Assembly: GCA_964035545.1 (NCBI GenBank)
Contig: OZ037765.1
Location: forward strand, 31,185,504 to 31,249,503
DNA: 64,000 nt
Source: Bugula neritina
Lineage: Eukaryota > Animalia > Bryozoa
Direction of reading: 5' to 3'
The notes under the pieces are model-generated. The model had not been told where the DNA came from. It made no database searches and saw only the letters and a program-made list of their open reading frames with translations. The position numbers and the translations under genes were made by a program. This document shows, in pieces, positions 1 to 10,987 of this stretch. Each line of letters opens with the position of its first letter. Position 1 is the first letter of the stretch.

Positions 1-150
1 TCTGTATGAAAATTATTTTCAACCTCCTCATTGTTCACGACTCAATGTTAAAACTGCTACAGTCAGGCAACTACTGTATGAAGCAACGTGACTATCCAGT
101 GTATCAGTGATATTAGTATAGTTGTGAGAGATATGTTGTGCTGTGTTCAG

Positions 151-3100
151 GACTCGTATGCCATGAAGTATAGAGCCGGCATCGCCCCGCACCGAGTGAG
201 CACTAAGAGGAAGTCAGAGTATGCGTACAAGTATGACTGGAAGAAACCTGTTGAGTCGACACCACTCCTTGCTGCTCAGCAGGTCTGTTTCTCTGCCTGT
301 CTGTGTTATTACTACAGGGTGTTGCTATTACTACAGTGTTGTTATTGTTACAGAGTGTTGTTATTACTACACACTTGCTATTACTACAGAGTGTTGTTAT
401 TACTACAGTGTTGTTATTGCTACAGAGTGTTGTTATTACTACACACTTGCTATTACTACAGAGTGTTGCTATTACTACAATGTGTTGTTATTACTACAGA
501 GTGTTGCTATTATTACAATTTTGTTCTTGCTACATAATGTTGTTATTATTGCCGGGTTTTGTTATTGCTACATACTGTTATTATCACAATAGACTGTTGC
601 TAAGTGTTGCTATTACTACAGAGTGTTTTACATGCAGCTTACAAATTATTTCTCATTATTATCACCAGCTCTGCCGTGCTTTTCTCAATACTGTGATGCA
701 GTACAGTGTACGCTAACCACCTATGTTCTTATTACTCTGTTATGTGTTAAACTGTATGTCATTATTTACCAAACTTTAATTTGCCATGATAATTTATGTA
801 ATATCTTATGTAGCATTATTTGTGGATGTTTTGACAATTTTCACTACATTATTGACTGCCTTTGGTTAGGTTGTCCACAATAACAACCCTCAGATTGCGC
901 CATATAAAGTAGGCTTACCCAAGCAGAGCGAGTACAGCAAAGAGTTTAAACCATGGAAGTATAAACCAGTGGTGAGTCAGGATGATGCAATCGCTGTCTC
1001 CAGCAGTCTCAAGAAGACTATTAAGGGATCAAAGGTGAGGGTAGTTTACTGTCACAAATTCTGAGTGTACATATACCTATAAATAGACTTACCGGGTTTT
1101 TCCTAATGATTATACAGGAATGTTCATAAATATTCTAGACTAATCAAAGAGATGGGTCATTGTTCATTGTTACTGTTTTGGTTAGTCATGTTAACTACTG
1201 CCCAGCAATGTAAACAAGGTATTGCGCAATAATTGCGAAATAACCATGGAAATTCCAATGTTTTGTTTTGTTTTGATTTTCTATAAATAGTATTGGCATG
1301 TGGGGAATGTTTTCTACTAGAATCTTCTATACTGGAATGCTTGAGAATGTTCTAGAGTGTTTTGTTTACTATAAATACTGAGGCAGTTGTGTTTACGAAT
1401 CAGTTCACTCTTATAAGTTCATCTGTGCATATCTTACTGAAGAAATAAAGTCTACTCTATTTACTCTCAACTGGATTAGCAAGCTGTATGCTACTTGTCT
1501 CTATACTTCTGACTACCAGACTTTTCGAACTCGTCACACTGCTACCAACAGTTTTGTGACAATTGGGGGCTGCTCCGGGAAGTCTCAGTCGCACACAGGG
1601 AAGTTATTAGTTACAACGTGAGTATACACAGGATTAATTAACAGTTGTTGAGACATTATGGCGTTGTTGGAGAGAGTGACACAGATGGGTAAAGACCTTG
1701 GGTTGGTGGAGGACAAGCTCATAGCTTTTGTTGAAAAGAACCTACCCATTGTTGCTGCACAAGAAGAAAAAGAAAAGGACCGAGAGGAACGTAGATTAGA
1801 GCGTGAGGCAGAAAAGATCAGGCAAGAGAATGAGAAAGCCTTAATGGAGATGAAGATAAAAGCTGATCAGGAGGCAACGGCATTCAAGGTTAAAGCTGAT
1901 CAGGAGACAATGGCACTCAAGATAAAAGCTGACCAGGAGGCAGAAGAGAGAAGACAACAACATGAATTAGATATGGAAAAGCTGAAAGCTAACACAAGTT
2001 TGGAGCACTCAAGACATGAGAGCACCAGGTTAGAAATAGCTAACAAACCAAAACCAAAAATACCATTCTTTGATGAGAAGGTGGATGAAATGGATAGCTA
2101 TTTAGAGCGGTTCGAGTGGGTTGCCGAAGGATGTAACTGGGACAAGGGAGATTGGCCCTACCATCTCAGTCAGTACCTAAGGGGTACAGCAACAGAAGCT
2201 TACATCCGGTTGTCACCTACCGATCGTAGAGATTATAAAAGAGTCAAAGAAGCCTTGTTGGAGCGCTTTAACTTGACTCAAGAGGGCTACAGAAAAAAGC
2301 TCAGAGAGGCAGAAGCTTACGAGGATGAAACTCCTGCCCAACTATTCACTAGGATAGAAAGTTATGTGCACAAGTGGGTGGAGCTTTCAGGGGGCATGGA
2401 CATAGCCAAACTAGTGGCGACTGAACAATTTATATCATCATGCCCAGACGACCTAGCTGTGCATTTAAAGCAAAGTTCCTACAACAGTAGTGAGGATATG
2501 TGTGATGCAGCGTCACTGTTCTTGCACGCTCGTGGAAGGAAACTAGCAAAGACAAAGAAAACTAATACAAAAAGGATGGAAAACACACCTGCCGATAGCA
2601 TGAATGCTGAACAAGGAAGTAAAAGCAATGGTGCATGCTTCATCTGCAAAGATAAGTCACACATTGCTCGTAATTGCCCACGGCGAGGGAAGAAGTACTG
2701 TTCGCATTGCAAGATGAACAACCACAATACTTCAGACTGCAGAAAGTATGGTGGAAGGTCAGTGCATGCTGCTGCTGCAATAGCGACTACTCCGAATAAG
2801 ACTGTGGTCACAGATCCAGGAATCTCATCTAAAGTGGAAGAACCTACGGAAATCACAGTTAATGGTAAAAAGTTTGTCAACGCTGCTGTCTGCAAGAATG
2901 GACCTAAATTCAAAGATGGGGGCACAGCGATATTTGATGCGGAAGTTAATGGCCAACGAGCTACTGTAATGCGCGACACCGGCTGTGGTTGCATTGTAGT
3001 CAATGCAAAGTATGTGCAATCTCAACATTTAACTGGAGAATCAGTTTATCTGAATATGGCTGATGCAAGTGTTAGGGAGGCTCAGTGGGCACTTATCTCA

Positions 3101-6100
3101 GTGCGCTCACCATTTTACAATGGTGTTGTCAAAGCTGCAGTAATGGACAAGACGATTTGTGACCTGCTTATTGGGAATGTGGATGGAGCGAGATCAGCTG
3201 ACCAACCGCTGGAAAACTGGAAGGACTGCGCCGTAACCACAAGAGCTCAAGCTGTCAAGGAGAAGTCAGGAGACAAACCCCTGATGATTGATTCAAATGC
3301 TAACCCATTAAGTATAGGGAAAGATGAAATAGCCAGACTGCAGAGGGATGACCCCACATTGGAGCGTTTCTTCGATGCAAAAGAAGTGAAGGAGAAAAAG
3401 GGATGCACCACCAGGTTTGTGGTGAGGAATAAGATTCTGTACCGTGAGTACACCGACTCGAAGTCTGTCAGTGTAAAACCTGTTAAACAACTCATGGTAC
3501 CCAGTTCACTGAGAAAGGAAGTTCTACAGAAAGCTCATGACTGCATAATGAGCGGACACCTAGGAGTAAAGAAAACCACTGATAGAGTGCTTTCCAACTT
3601 CTTTTGGCCAGGACTAAACGGAGATGTCGTACGTTTCTGTCAATCATGTGACATTTGCCAGAAGACGGTGAAAAAAGGCTCAGTCATGAAAGTTCCAGTA
3701 CAGGAAACTCCACTAATTGACACCCCATTCAAGAGATGTGCAATAGACCTAATCGGACCAATTAACCCTCCAAGTGAGAAAGGACACCGCTACATCCTAA
3801 CTTTAGTTGACTATGCTACAAGATACCCTGAAGCTACACCATTGAAGAATATTGACTCAGCTACTGTAGCTGAAGCGCTGCTTGACATATACAGTCGTGT
3901 TGGGATACCAGAGGAGGTGATAAGCGACCAAGGAACTCAATTCATCTCGGATTACATGAAAGAGTTTACCAGATTACTTGACATGCGACAACTTCCTACC
4001 TCACCATACCATGCAATGGCCAATGGACTTGTGGAAAAGTTCAACGGAACCCTCAAGAGTATGTTAAAAAAGTTGTGTGCTAAAGAGCCAAGACAGTGGC
4101 ATCGGTTCATCAATGCGGCTCTATTTGCATATAGAGAAGTCCCACAGGAATCAACAGGCTTCGCCCCATTCGAGTTACTCTATGGAAGAACTGTACGTGG
4201 ACCAATGTACATCCTGCGACAACTTTGGACAAAAGAAGACACCGCCGATGAAGTCAAGACCTGCTATCAACATGTTTTTGAATTGAGAGAGCGTTTAGAT
4301 GACATGATGGAAATGGCACTAGCTTCGCTAAAAGACAGTCAAAAAAGATACAAACACTATTTTGACAAGAAAGCTAAGCAGAGAGACTTCAGACCTGGTG
4401 ACAAAGTGCTCATTCTTCTACCTACGGATGGAAATAAATTGCTGATGCATTGGCAAGGACCATTCAATATTGAGGAGAAAGTCAGACTGAATGACTACAT
4501 TATCAACATTAGAGGCAAGAGGAGAACATACCATGCCAACATGCTGAAGAAATATTTTGAGCGGGAGGCGCCTACCGACCCTATGACTGTTGGAGCTGTG
4601 ATGACTTTAGATGCTGCTGGTACTGGAGTTATTGATCATGATGAGGAAAGAGAAGAAGGCCAAGATGATTTGTTGGACCTGTACGGCAAGAAACAGCAGA
4701 CAGAAACAAGCAAAGATGTCATTCTGGGTGAAGAGCTGGAGAATCAGCAAAGAAGACGGCTGGAGGAGTTAATAAGAAAGTTTGAAGGTATCTTCAGTGA
4801 CTTGCCAGGAAATGCAACGGGAATAGAACATTCTATCGAGCTCACGACTGATGAGCCAGTGAAATCCAAACCATATGGATTGCCCTACAGGGTAAGAGAA
4901 ACTCTCAAGGCGGACATCGAGGATATGTTGAAGATGGGTGTTATTCGGCCATCTACCTCTCCCTACGCCTCACCAACGGTGATAGTAAAGAAGCCAGATG
5001 GAAGCAACAGGATTTGTATAGACTATCGCAAACTAAACCGAGTCACAGTATTCGATCCTGAACCAATGGTGAAAACAGATGACGTTTTCAGAAAGCTCAG
5101 TAAAGATAAATACTTTACCAAACTTGATTTATCCAAGGGATACTGGCAAATACCAGTGAAGAAAGAAGATATTCCTAAAACTGCATTTGTGACACCCGAT
5201 GGACATTATGAATTCATCAAGATGCCATTTGGGATGGTTAACTCTGGAGCGACACTGGTGAGAGGGTTGAGAAAACTTTTTGTAAATCTGAAAGGAGTGG
5301 ACAACTACATTGATGACATTCTAGTGCACACGGAAAGTTGGGAAGAACACGTTAAAACGCTAACAGAAGTTTTCAGCCGGCTTGCCACAGCTGGACTTAC
5401 CGTTAGACCAAGTAAATGTAGAGTAGGAGGAACAAACACGGAGTTCATCGGACATAAACTTTACAGGGGTGAAATTAAACCAATGGATGACAACATTGAG
5501 AAAATTAGGGCTGCGCCAAGGCCAACCAATAAGACGCAAGTGAGATCGTTCATTGGACTTACTAGTTACTACAGAGAATATATTCCTCATTATTCAACTA
5601 TAGCGAGTCCATTAACAGATTTAACAAAGAAGGGAGAACCAAAGAAAGTCAAATGGCAGGAACCACAAGAGAAAGCGTACACCAGCTTAAAAACAATGCT
5701 GACAAGTGCGCCAATTTTGAAATTACCAGATGTACACAAACCGTTTGTGCTAAGGACTGATGCATCAGATGTTGGGCTAGGGGCAGTGCTGATGCAGCCT
5801 CAGGATGGAAAGCTGTTCCCTGTGAGTTACGCAAGTAGGAAACTACTAGACCGAGAGAGAAACTACTCAGCCATAGAGAAGGAATGCTTAGCTGTGGTAT
5901 GGGCGGTCAAGAAATATCTACAATATTTATATGGTGTGGAGTTCGTGCTGCAGACTGATCACCAACCGTTGGTGTACATCAACCAGGCCAAATTTGAGAA
6001 CAGCAGAGTGATGAGATGGGCTATGTATTTACAGAACTTCAGAATCAAGGTGGAGTCAATCAAAGGAAAGGACAATGTTGGAGCCGATTATCTAAGCCGA

Positions 6101-9100
6101 ATTGACTCAGAATTTTAAGTAGTTAGGAGAAATGATCAAGATAATTTCTCTTAGAATGGGGGGTTGTCACAAATTCTGAGTGTACATATACCTATAAATA
6201 GACTTACCGGGTTTTTCCTAATGATTATACAGGAATGTTCATAAATATTCTAGACTAATCAAAGAGATGGGTCATTGTTCATTGTTACTGTTTTGGTTAG
6301 TCATGTTAACTACTGCCCAGCAATGTAAACAAGGTATTGCGCAATAATTGCGAAATAACCATGGAAATTCCAATGTTTTGTTTTGTTTTGATTTTCTATA
6401 AATAGTATTGGCATGTGGGGAATGTTTTCTACTAGAATCTTCTATACTGGAATGCTTGAGAATGTTCTAGAGTGTTTTGTTTACTATAAATACTGAGGCA
6501 GTTGTGTTTACGAATCAGTTCACTCTTATAAGTTCATCTGTGCATATCTTACTGAAGAAATAAAGTCTACTCTATTTACTCTCAACTGGATTAGCAAGCT
6601 GTATGCTACTTGTCTCTATACTTCTGACTACCAGACTTTTCGAACTCGTCACACTGCTACCAACAGTTTTGTGACATTTACAAATTACTCTGTAAGGGAG
6701 TTCTACAGTAACAACATTTCACTCAGAACCTTTGAACGATTTTCAACAAATGATTTTTACCGTTGGCTGGCCTCGCTATGCTAACAGAAAAACTTTTTAT
6801 TACTGAAAAGTTTCACTCGACATATCTTGCTTGTTTGGGTATAAATTTTAAATTAGACTAAATATTGCTAATTTTGGCGACAAGTTTTACTTTTGAGATC
6901 ACCGTTGCAGATGAGGAGAACGAAAAGTGAGATGGATTTAACACCCGACAGACGTCCTGCTGCAGGCTCACCTTCTAGAATATTCCACGACAATACCAGA
7001 CTTACTAAATCCTTAAACCCCCAGAAACCATTCTTTCCTCATCGGCGAACAGTGTATGTAATAATTATAGCATATAACGAGAAGTAACATTAGTGTTGGT
7101 AATTATTTCAAAGTTGTCTTCTCATACATGTTTTTATATAAAGTAGACAACTCTCAATTAAAGTGATAAACGCTGTTTAATGCCCATTATACATTAGAGT
7201 GGTGAATAGATGTTATTTTTTAAACCATCCATTGTGGGACTCATTTTAATTAAACATATTTGAATACGGTCAGTTTATTCTGGTTTCTTAAAAACGTATT
7301 ATAGTGAAATTTTTTATATCTTATATCTTCTTGTCGGTTTTTAGTAGCTGGGTCACTGAGTACAAATCCAATTTCCAACCGTTTAGTAAATTCAAGTATG
7401 ACCAAGGAGCCTGGCACGGGGCTGCACCTCCTCATATTAAACAGCAAATGGTAAGTATAAAGAACTAAAGCTAAGTTATTAACATTATGTTGTCTTACTG
7501 CATTTGCTCCTATAATTGTCACGATTCAATGCTACTCTGATTTAGAACTATGAGACCGATGGGCAGCTAAGTACGAGTAATTGGACAGCAGAAGTCAGGG
7601 AACTTCGGGAGAAAGCCGAGGAGTATAGGTTAGTTTGATAGAAACACGAGTTTCTTTTGAAGCATCCTAAGTACTAATACTAATGTTGAGTGTTACAGCT
7701 TATTTATATCTAAGCATGTGCAATTTTTTATTAGACTTGTGTTTTGAACTTTTTGGGTAAATCTAACTTCTTGGGAACTGTGTATGTGAGTAAAAACTCT
7801 TCTTATGTATTTTACGAGTATACTCCCAACAGCTATCGGTAGAGGTTTGCACGTGTCACGAGTGTATGCCTAACAGGAAATTGATATTTATCCTATTTAC
7901 AGGAAGAGGTCTAACGGCACTCATTTCAGTCGGGTGCATGTTGGCCAGCTGCTGTCAGAAAATAGCAAACTATGGGACGCTGTCAGCGTCAGCAGTGAGC
8001 TTTCTGCTTTAGACTTAGAGCAATCTCAAGCTACTACCAGGTGAGGGGCATATTTTGTCGTACCAACGGAAGTTGTGAAAATAGTGCGTAAATTGTTATC
8101 ATTTTGTAAATTTATATTATTTTATTTGTATATATTTGATCAATTATTTTTAAAGTTACTAACTTTATTTTCATTTCTTTAGTCCACCTCGTAAGCCTTC
8201 TACTAAAAGTCCCAGACAAAGAACACAAAGTGCTCAACCTGCATTGAGATCTTCAGAAGACAAGCAAAAGAAAGACAGTGCACAGGCTAGAGAGCTCAAA
8301 GAAAGCAGTGCAAGAAAGCGATTAGCTTGGTCCTCTGATGGAGATCGATCTACCAGCCCTTCCGATACGTTAGTCTACTCAATTTATTGTACTGAATTAG
8401 TGTTGTTTTAGTTACGCATATAATAGAAATTATATCATTAGTTAAATTATACACGTCATGAAAAAGAAGTTGTATTGTTGGATTTCCTCTATAATGAACC
8501 GTTATAGATTATCACTCATGCTTATAAATGATTGTCTTAATTTTTTTAATAGCCTTCAATTATCTTCTGAACTTTTGTACAGAAAATTTTAATTTGCAAT
8601 CAAGTTTTAACCGCCAATCTAGTGAGTCCAATAAAAAATTATTCAACCATCCTCTGCATTGCTTCATCATTTTTGATGAGGTACTTTAAGAGATCAAACT
8701 TTACTATAGTTCTAGATTTACTGCTATGCTTTTAATGTTACTTAAAATTGTTTTTATATTATTATATACTTTAGTGCGAGGAGTATCCGTTCTTCTAGCA
8801 CCCCCACCATAACGTCTGAACATTCCTACAGAACTCCAAGCATTTCATCCTCAGCTATGAACAAGCAGTTTGTTAAACAGATATCAACTCAGAATAATGA
8901 AAGGTTGTCAGATGGTTCAGAATCGACGGGGAATGGCCGAGCACAAACTCCTGAGCTTACCAATTCCTCGGTTGTTCACCGACACCATTTGGATATCACT
9001 ACGCCAAACCGTCATGGCCTCTTACTGTCCAGTCCTCCCCGTAGATCTAAACAGCCAGAATCAAAAGAAAGATCTCCCCGTGTTAACCAAGTCAGAAACT

Positions 9101-10167
9101 CTGTTGGTTTGTATTATAATAAAGAATGTGATTATCTTAAAGTTTTATAAATTCGAAAATAATGCTTCGCAAACATTTATTTCATTATTACAAAACATTT
9201 TTTAATCTTGCTCAGTTTCATAAGATAAGGTGGCCTTGTGCTGTAAGCAAAAGTCACGACACCTGCACACATACTATTTATAGAGTGTAGTTATGTTTTA
9301 TGAAACTGCTGCTGGTTTTAGAAAAAGGTCAAAGAGTAGCCAGAGATATGCCACTGGAAGTGGGGATTCCTTCTGCTAATGTGAATAGTAAGGAGTTGCT
9401 TTCTCCAACATATGGAAAACCTACTCGAGACACTCATCCTCTGCTTAATGAAGAGGTTGCTGAGCCAGTAGATATGATCTTAGAGACTAGATACGTACAG
9501 AGTCCTCAACCAAAAGGTACTCTCTTACAGTAAACTAGTTGTTTAATATCTGGTCTTTTATATCAGCAAAATATGATATTATGTATTTTAATTTTGTTTG
9601 ACCATACATCATGCTTGTAATTATTGTATATGAAAGGAATGTCTTCAGTATAATAATACAAGTCAAATTGAAAGTTGATAAAATACCTCATTATGAGCAT
9701 TAGAATTAGTCTGTATATACTGTGTTTTACTACAGCCAACATGTCAGCTTTGTTGGAAGGTGCTGGCATGACGTACAAGGTGCCCCAGGCCAGACAGGAC
9801 GACCCGTGGAAAGCTATAGGTAAGAAGATATGGGAGTGTGCCATTTTTCTGTCTTATAATTTTCCAATCACTTGTCAGCTGCACATAACACAATATTTAA
9901 ATATAGTATTTGAATTATCCGTCTTTATATTTGAAAATATTCGGATGTCTCACCTTTTTACTGCCAAAGAATTGTGTTAAATAAGTAAACATTTAAATGG
10001 CATTTTTAGTGAAAAGGAAGCGAGAAGAAGACGAGTGTAGCGTCACGAGTCAACTTTCTGAATCAATGATGTCCGTTATCAGCTCAACATCTTCATTGGC
10101 CAATGAGGTGTTAGACAGAGCAGCTCGGCGCCAAAAACAGTTTTGGGGACAAAAAACCAAAAGTTAA
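151..10167 (+). CDS. MDM1: Nuclear/centriolar microtubule-binding protein MDM1, spliced; 5' end lies left of the window
   Basis: Manually joined GT-AG exons, approximately 151-282, 894-1034, 6911-7053, 7344-7450, 7547-7628, 7902-8040, 8183-8368, 8775-9090, 9321-9517, 9736-9818, 10009-10167 (TAA). Repeated SEYxxxF/Y motifs (KSEYAYKYDW, QSEYSKEFKPW, TEYKSNFQPF), the block WTAEVRELREKAEEYRKRSNGTHFSR and the C-terminus SLANEVLDRAARRQKQFWG match remembered MDM1 family motifs. Confidence 0.88.
300..625. repeat. Degenerate intronic minisatellite (18-20-bp TGTTGCTATTACTACAGAG-like units, ~58-bp higher-order unit)
   Basis: Visible tandem units starting ~20 nt after the MDM1 donor at 283; explains the three low-complexity ORFs at 88-716. 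Confidence 0.9.
1050..1561 (+). repeat. 5' LTR of copy 1
   Basis: TG...CA ends with 9-bp terminal inverted repeat, three CTATAAATA TATA-like motifs, AATAAA at 1444; appears identical to 6165-6676. Confidence 0.97.
1564..1580 (+). other. Primer binding site, tRNA-Pro-like
   Basis: TGGGGGCTGCTCCGGGA, 2 nt after the 5' LTR; 15/17 match to the complement of the canonical metazoan tRNA-Pro 3' end (TGGGGGCTCGTCCGGGA). Confidence 0.8.
1658..6118 (+). CDS. Gag-Pol polyprotein (coiled coil, SCAN-like capsid, two CCHC knuckles, protease, integrase, RT, RNase H)
   Basis: Knuckles CFICKDKSHIARNC and CSHCKMNNHNTSDC; protease RDTG; integrase HHCC (AHDCIMSGHLG...CDIC), DDE (IDLIGP/SDQGTQF/NGLVEKFN) and WQGPF; RT RICIDYRKLN, LDLSKGYWQ, MPFG, YIDD; RNase H TDAS/EKE/TDH/ADYLSR. 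Confidence 0.98.
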   Translation: MALLERVTQMGKDLGLVEDKLIAFVEKNLPIVAAQEEKEKDREERRLEREAEKIRQENEKALMEMKIKADQEATAFKVKADQETMALKIKADQEAEERRQQHELDMEKLKANTSLEHSRHESTRLEIANKPKPKIPFFDEKVDEMDSYLERFEWVAEGCNWDKGDWPYHLSQYLRGTATEAYIRLSPTDRRDYKRVKEALLERFNLTQEGYRKKLREAEAYEDETPAQLFTRIESYVHKWVELSGGMDIAKLVATEQFISSCPDDLAVHLKQSSYNSSEDMCDAASLFLHARGRKLAKTKKTNTKRMENTPADSMNAEQGSKSNGACFICKDKSHIARNCPRRGKKYCSHCKMNNHNTSDCRKYGGRSVHAAAAIATTPNKTVVTDPGISSKVEEPTEITVNGKKFVNAAVCKNGPKFKDGGTAIFDAEVNGQRATVMRDTGCGCIVVNAKYVQSQHLTGESVYLNMADASVREAQWALISVRSPFYNGVVKAAVMDKTICDLLIGNVDGARSADQPLENWKDCAVTTRAQAVKEKSGDKPLMIDSNANPLSIGKDEIARLQRDDPTLERFFDAKEVKEKKGCTTRFVVRNKILYREYTDSKSVSVKPVKQLMVPSSLRKEVLQKAHDCIMSGHLGVKKTTDRVLSNFFWPGLNGDVVRFCQSCDICQKTVKKGSVMKVPVQETPLIDTPFKRCAIDLIGPINPPSEKGHRYILTLVDYATRYPEATPLKNIDSATVAEALLDIYSRVGIPEEVISDQGTQFISDYMKEFTRLLDMRQLPTSPYHAMANGLVEKFNGTLKSMLKKLCAKEPRQWHRFINAALFAYREVPQESTGFAPFELLYGRTVRGPMYILRQLWTKEDTADEVKTCYQHVFELRERLDDMMEMALASLKDSQKRYKHYFDKKAKQRDFRPGDKVLILLPTDGNKLLMHWQGPFNIEEKVRLNDYIINIRGKRRTYHANMLKKYFEREAPTDPMTVGAVMTLDAAGTGVIDHDEEREEGQDDLLDLYGKKQQTETSKDVILGEELENQQRRRLEELIRKFEGIFSDLPGNATGIEHSIELTTDEPVKSKPYGLPYRVRETLKADIEDMLKMGVIRPSTSPYASPTVIVKKPDGSNRICIDYRKLNRVTVFDPEPMVKTDDVFRKLSKDKYFTKLDLSKGYWQIPVKKEDIPKTAFVTPDGHYEFIKMPFGMVNSGATLVRGLRKLFVNLKGVDNYIDDILVHTESWEEHVKTLTEVFSRLATAGLTVRPSKCRVGGTNTEFIGHKLYRGEIKPMDDNIEKIRAAPRPTNKTQVRSFIGLTSYYREYIPHYSTIASPLTDLTKKGEPKKVKWQEPQEKAYTSLKTMLTSAPILKLPDVHKPFVLRTDASDVGLGAVLMQPQDGKLFPVSYASRKLLDRERNYSAIEKECLAVVWAVKKYLQYLYGVEFVLQTDHQPLVYINQAKFENSRVMRWAMYLQNFRIKVESIKGKDNVGADYLSRIDSEF
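6153..6163 (+). other. Polypurine tract of copy 1
   Basis: AGAATGGGGGG, 1 nt before the 3' LTR. Confidence 0.8.
6165..6676 (+). repeat. 3' LTR of copy 1
   Basis: Direct repeat of 1050-1561, followed by TSD TTTAC. Confidence 0.97.
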
Positions 10168-10987
10168 CTCTCACATTTAATACTTTCATTATATAATTTA
10201 TTCTGTGGTTTTACTTAATAGTCTATAAAATTATCAATAATTTAGTAACTTTTTACTTGTTTTTTTTAAAGTATTTACAAACATTTTTATTATTTTGTGT
10301 CTAGAATTTAGATATAGTCCCAAACATCTACTGCCAGGACTTTTTGTTCACATAAAAAGCAAATAGACTACTCAACATGCAGCTCTTTGCATATTGATAT
10401 TTTATTGTCGTGAAGCACTACACACTGAAAATAGATGCAGCTACATGGAAGTTAGAGTGCATATTGTATTGATGTTAGTTTGGCTTTAGTTTAGTTAATA
10501 ATGAAGAAAGATTTGTTTTTTCACCTTATTTATAGATTTTATAGTATTCCATCCACCATTCTTCATTACAATGTTTTGTATTAAAGCTAATGATTATATT
10601 TGTGATTACTCACTGCCAGAATAAAACAGGGTGTATTCAAGTTTCACAAATATTTTTATTTACAAAAATTGCACTTTGACACGGAAGACTACGAGTACGA
10701 AAAAAAAGTTGGTGAATATCAAAACAGCAAGTAGAAGATAAATACAAAATTTGGCACAATCTGAGTAAACAAGTTGATGGAACTGCAATCTAGGCAGCCA
10801 TTTAAAACATAGCAAACTGCAGAATTCCAATTTGATTTGTAATATAAGTAAGAGGTCAATAGACGGAACACATGCTAATATATAATGTATGACAACTCCA
10901 AAAAAGTTTAAGTACCATTTAACAAAAGCACCAAAAATAGACTAAAGAAATACACAAAAACAAGAAAAATACATTTTTACAAAAAGA

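Larger units (their letters stand above)
1050..6676 (+). mobile_element. Full-length Gmr1-like Ty3/gypsy LTR retrotransposon, copy 1
   Basis: Two 512-bp LTRs (TGTCACAAA...TTTGTGACA), TSD TTTAC at 1045-1049 and 6677-6681, PBS, PPT and a single intact 1486-aa gag-pol ORF with integrase upstream of RT. Confidence 0.97.

Noticed and set aside
88-716. Three overlapping Cys/Tyr/Leu-rich ORFs
   Set aside because: Products of the intronic minisatellite; only 151-282 is a real (MDM1) exon.
2479-5834. Antisense and alternate-frame ORFs inside the retrotransposon (mirrored at 57064-61268)
   Set aside because: Shadows of the gag-pol ORF; the longest (174 aa) is broken in copy 2, and none has a recognisable motif.
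1050-6676. Classification as Ty1/copia or as an env-bearing retrovirus
   Set aside because: RT and RNase H motifs are gypsy type despite the IN-RT order; only ~46 nt separate the stop from the 3' LTR, leaving no room for env.
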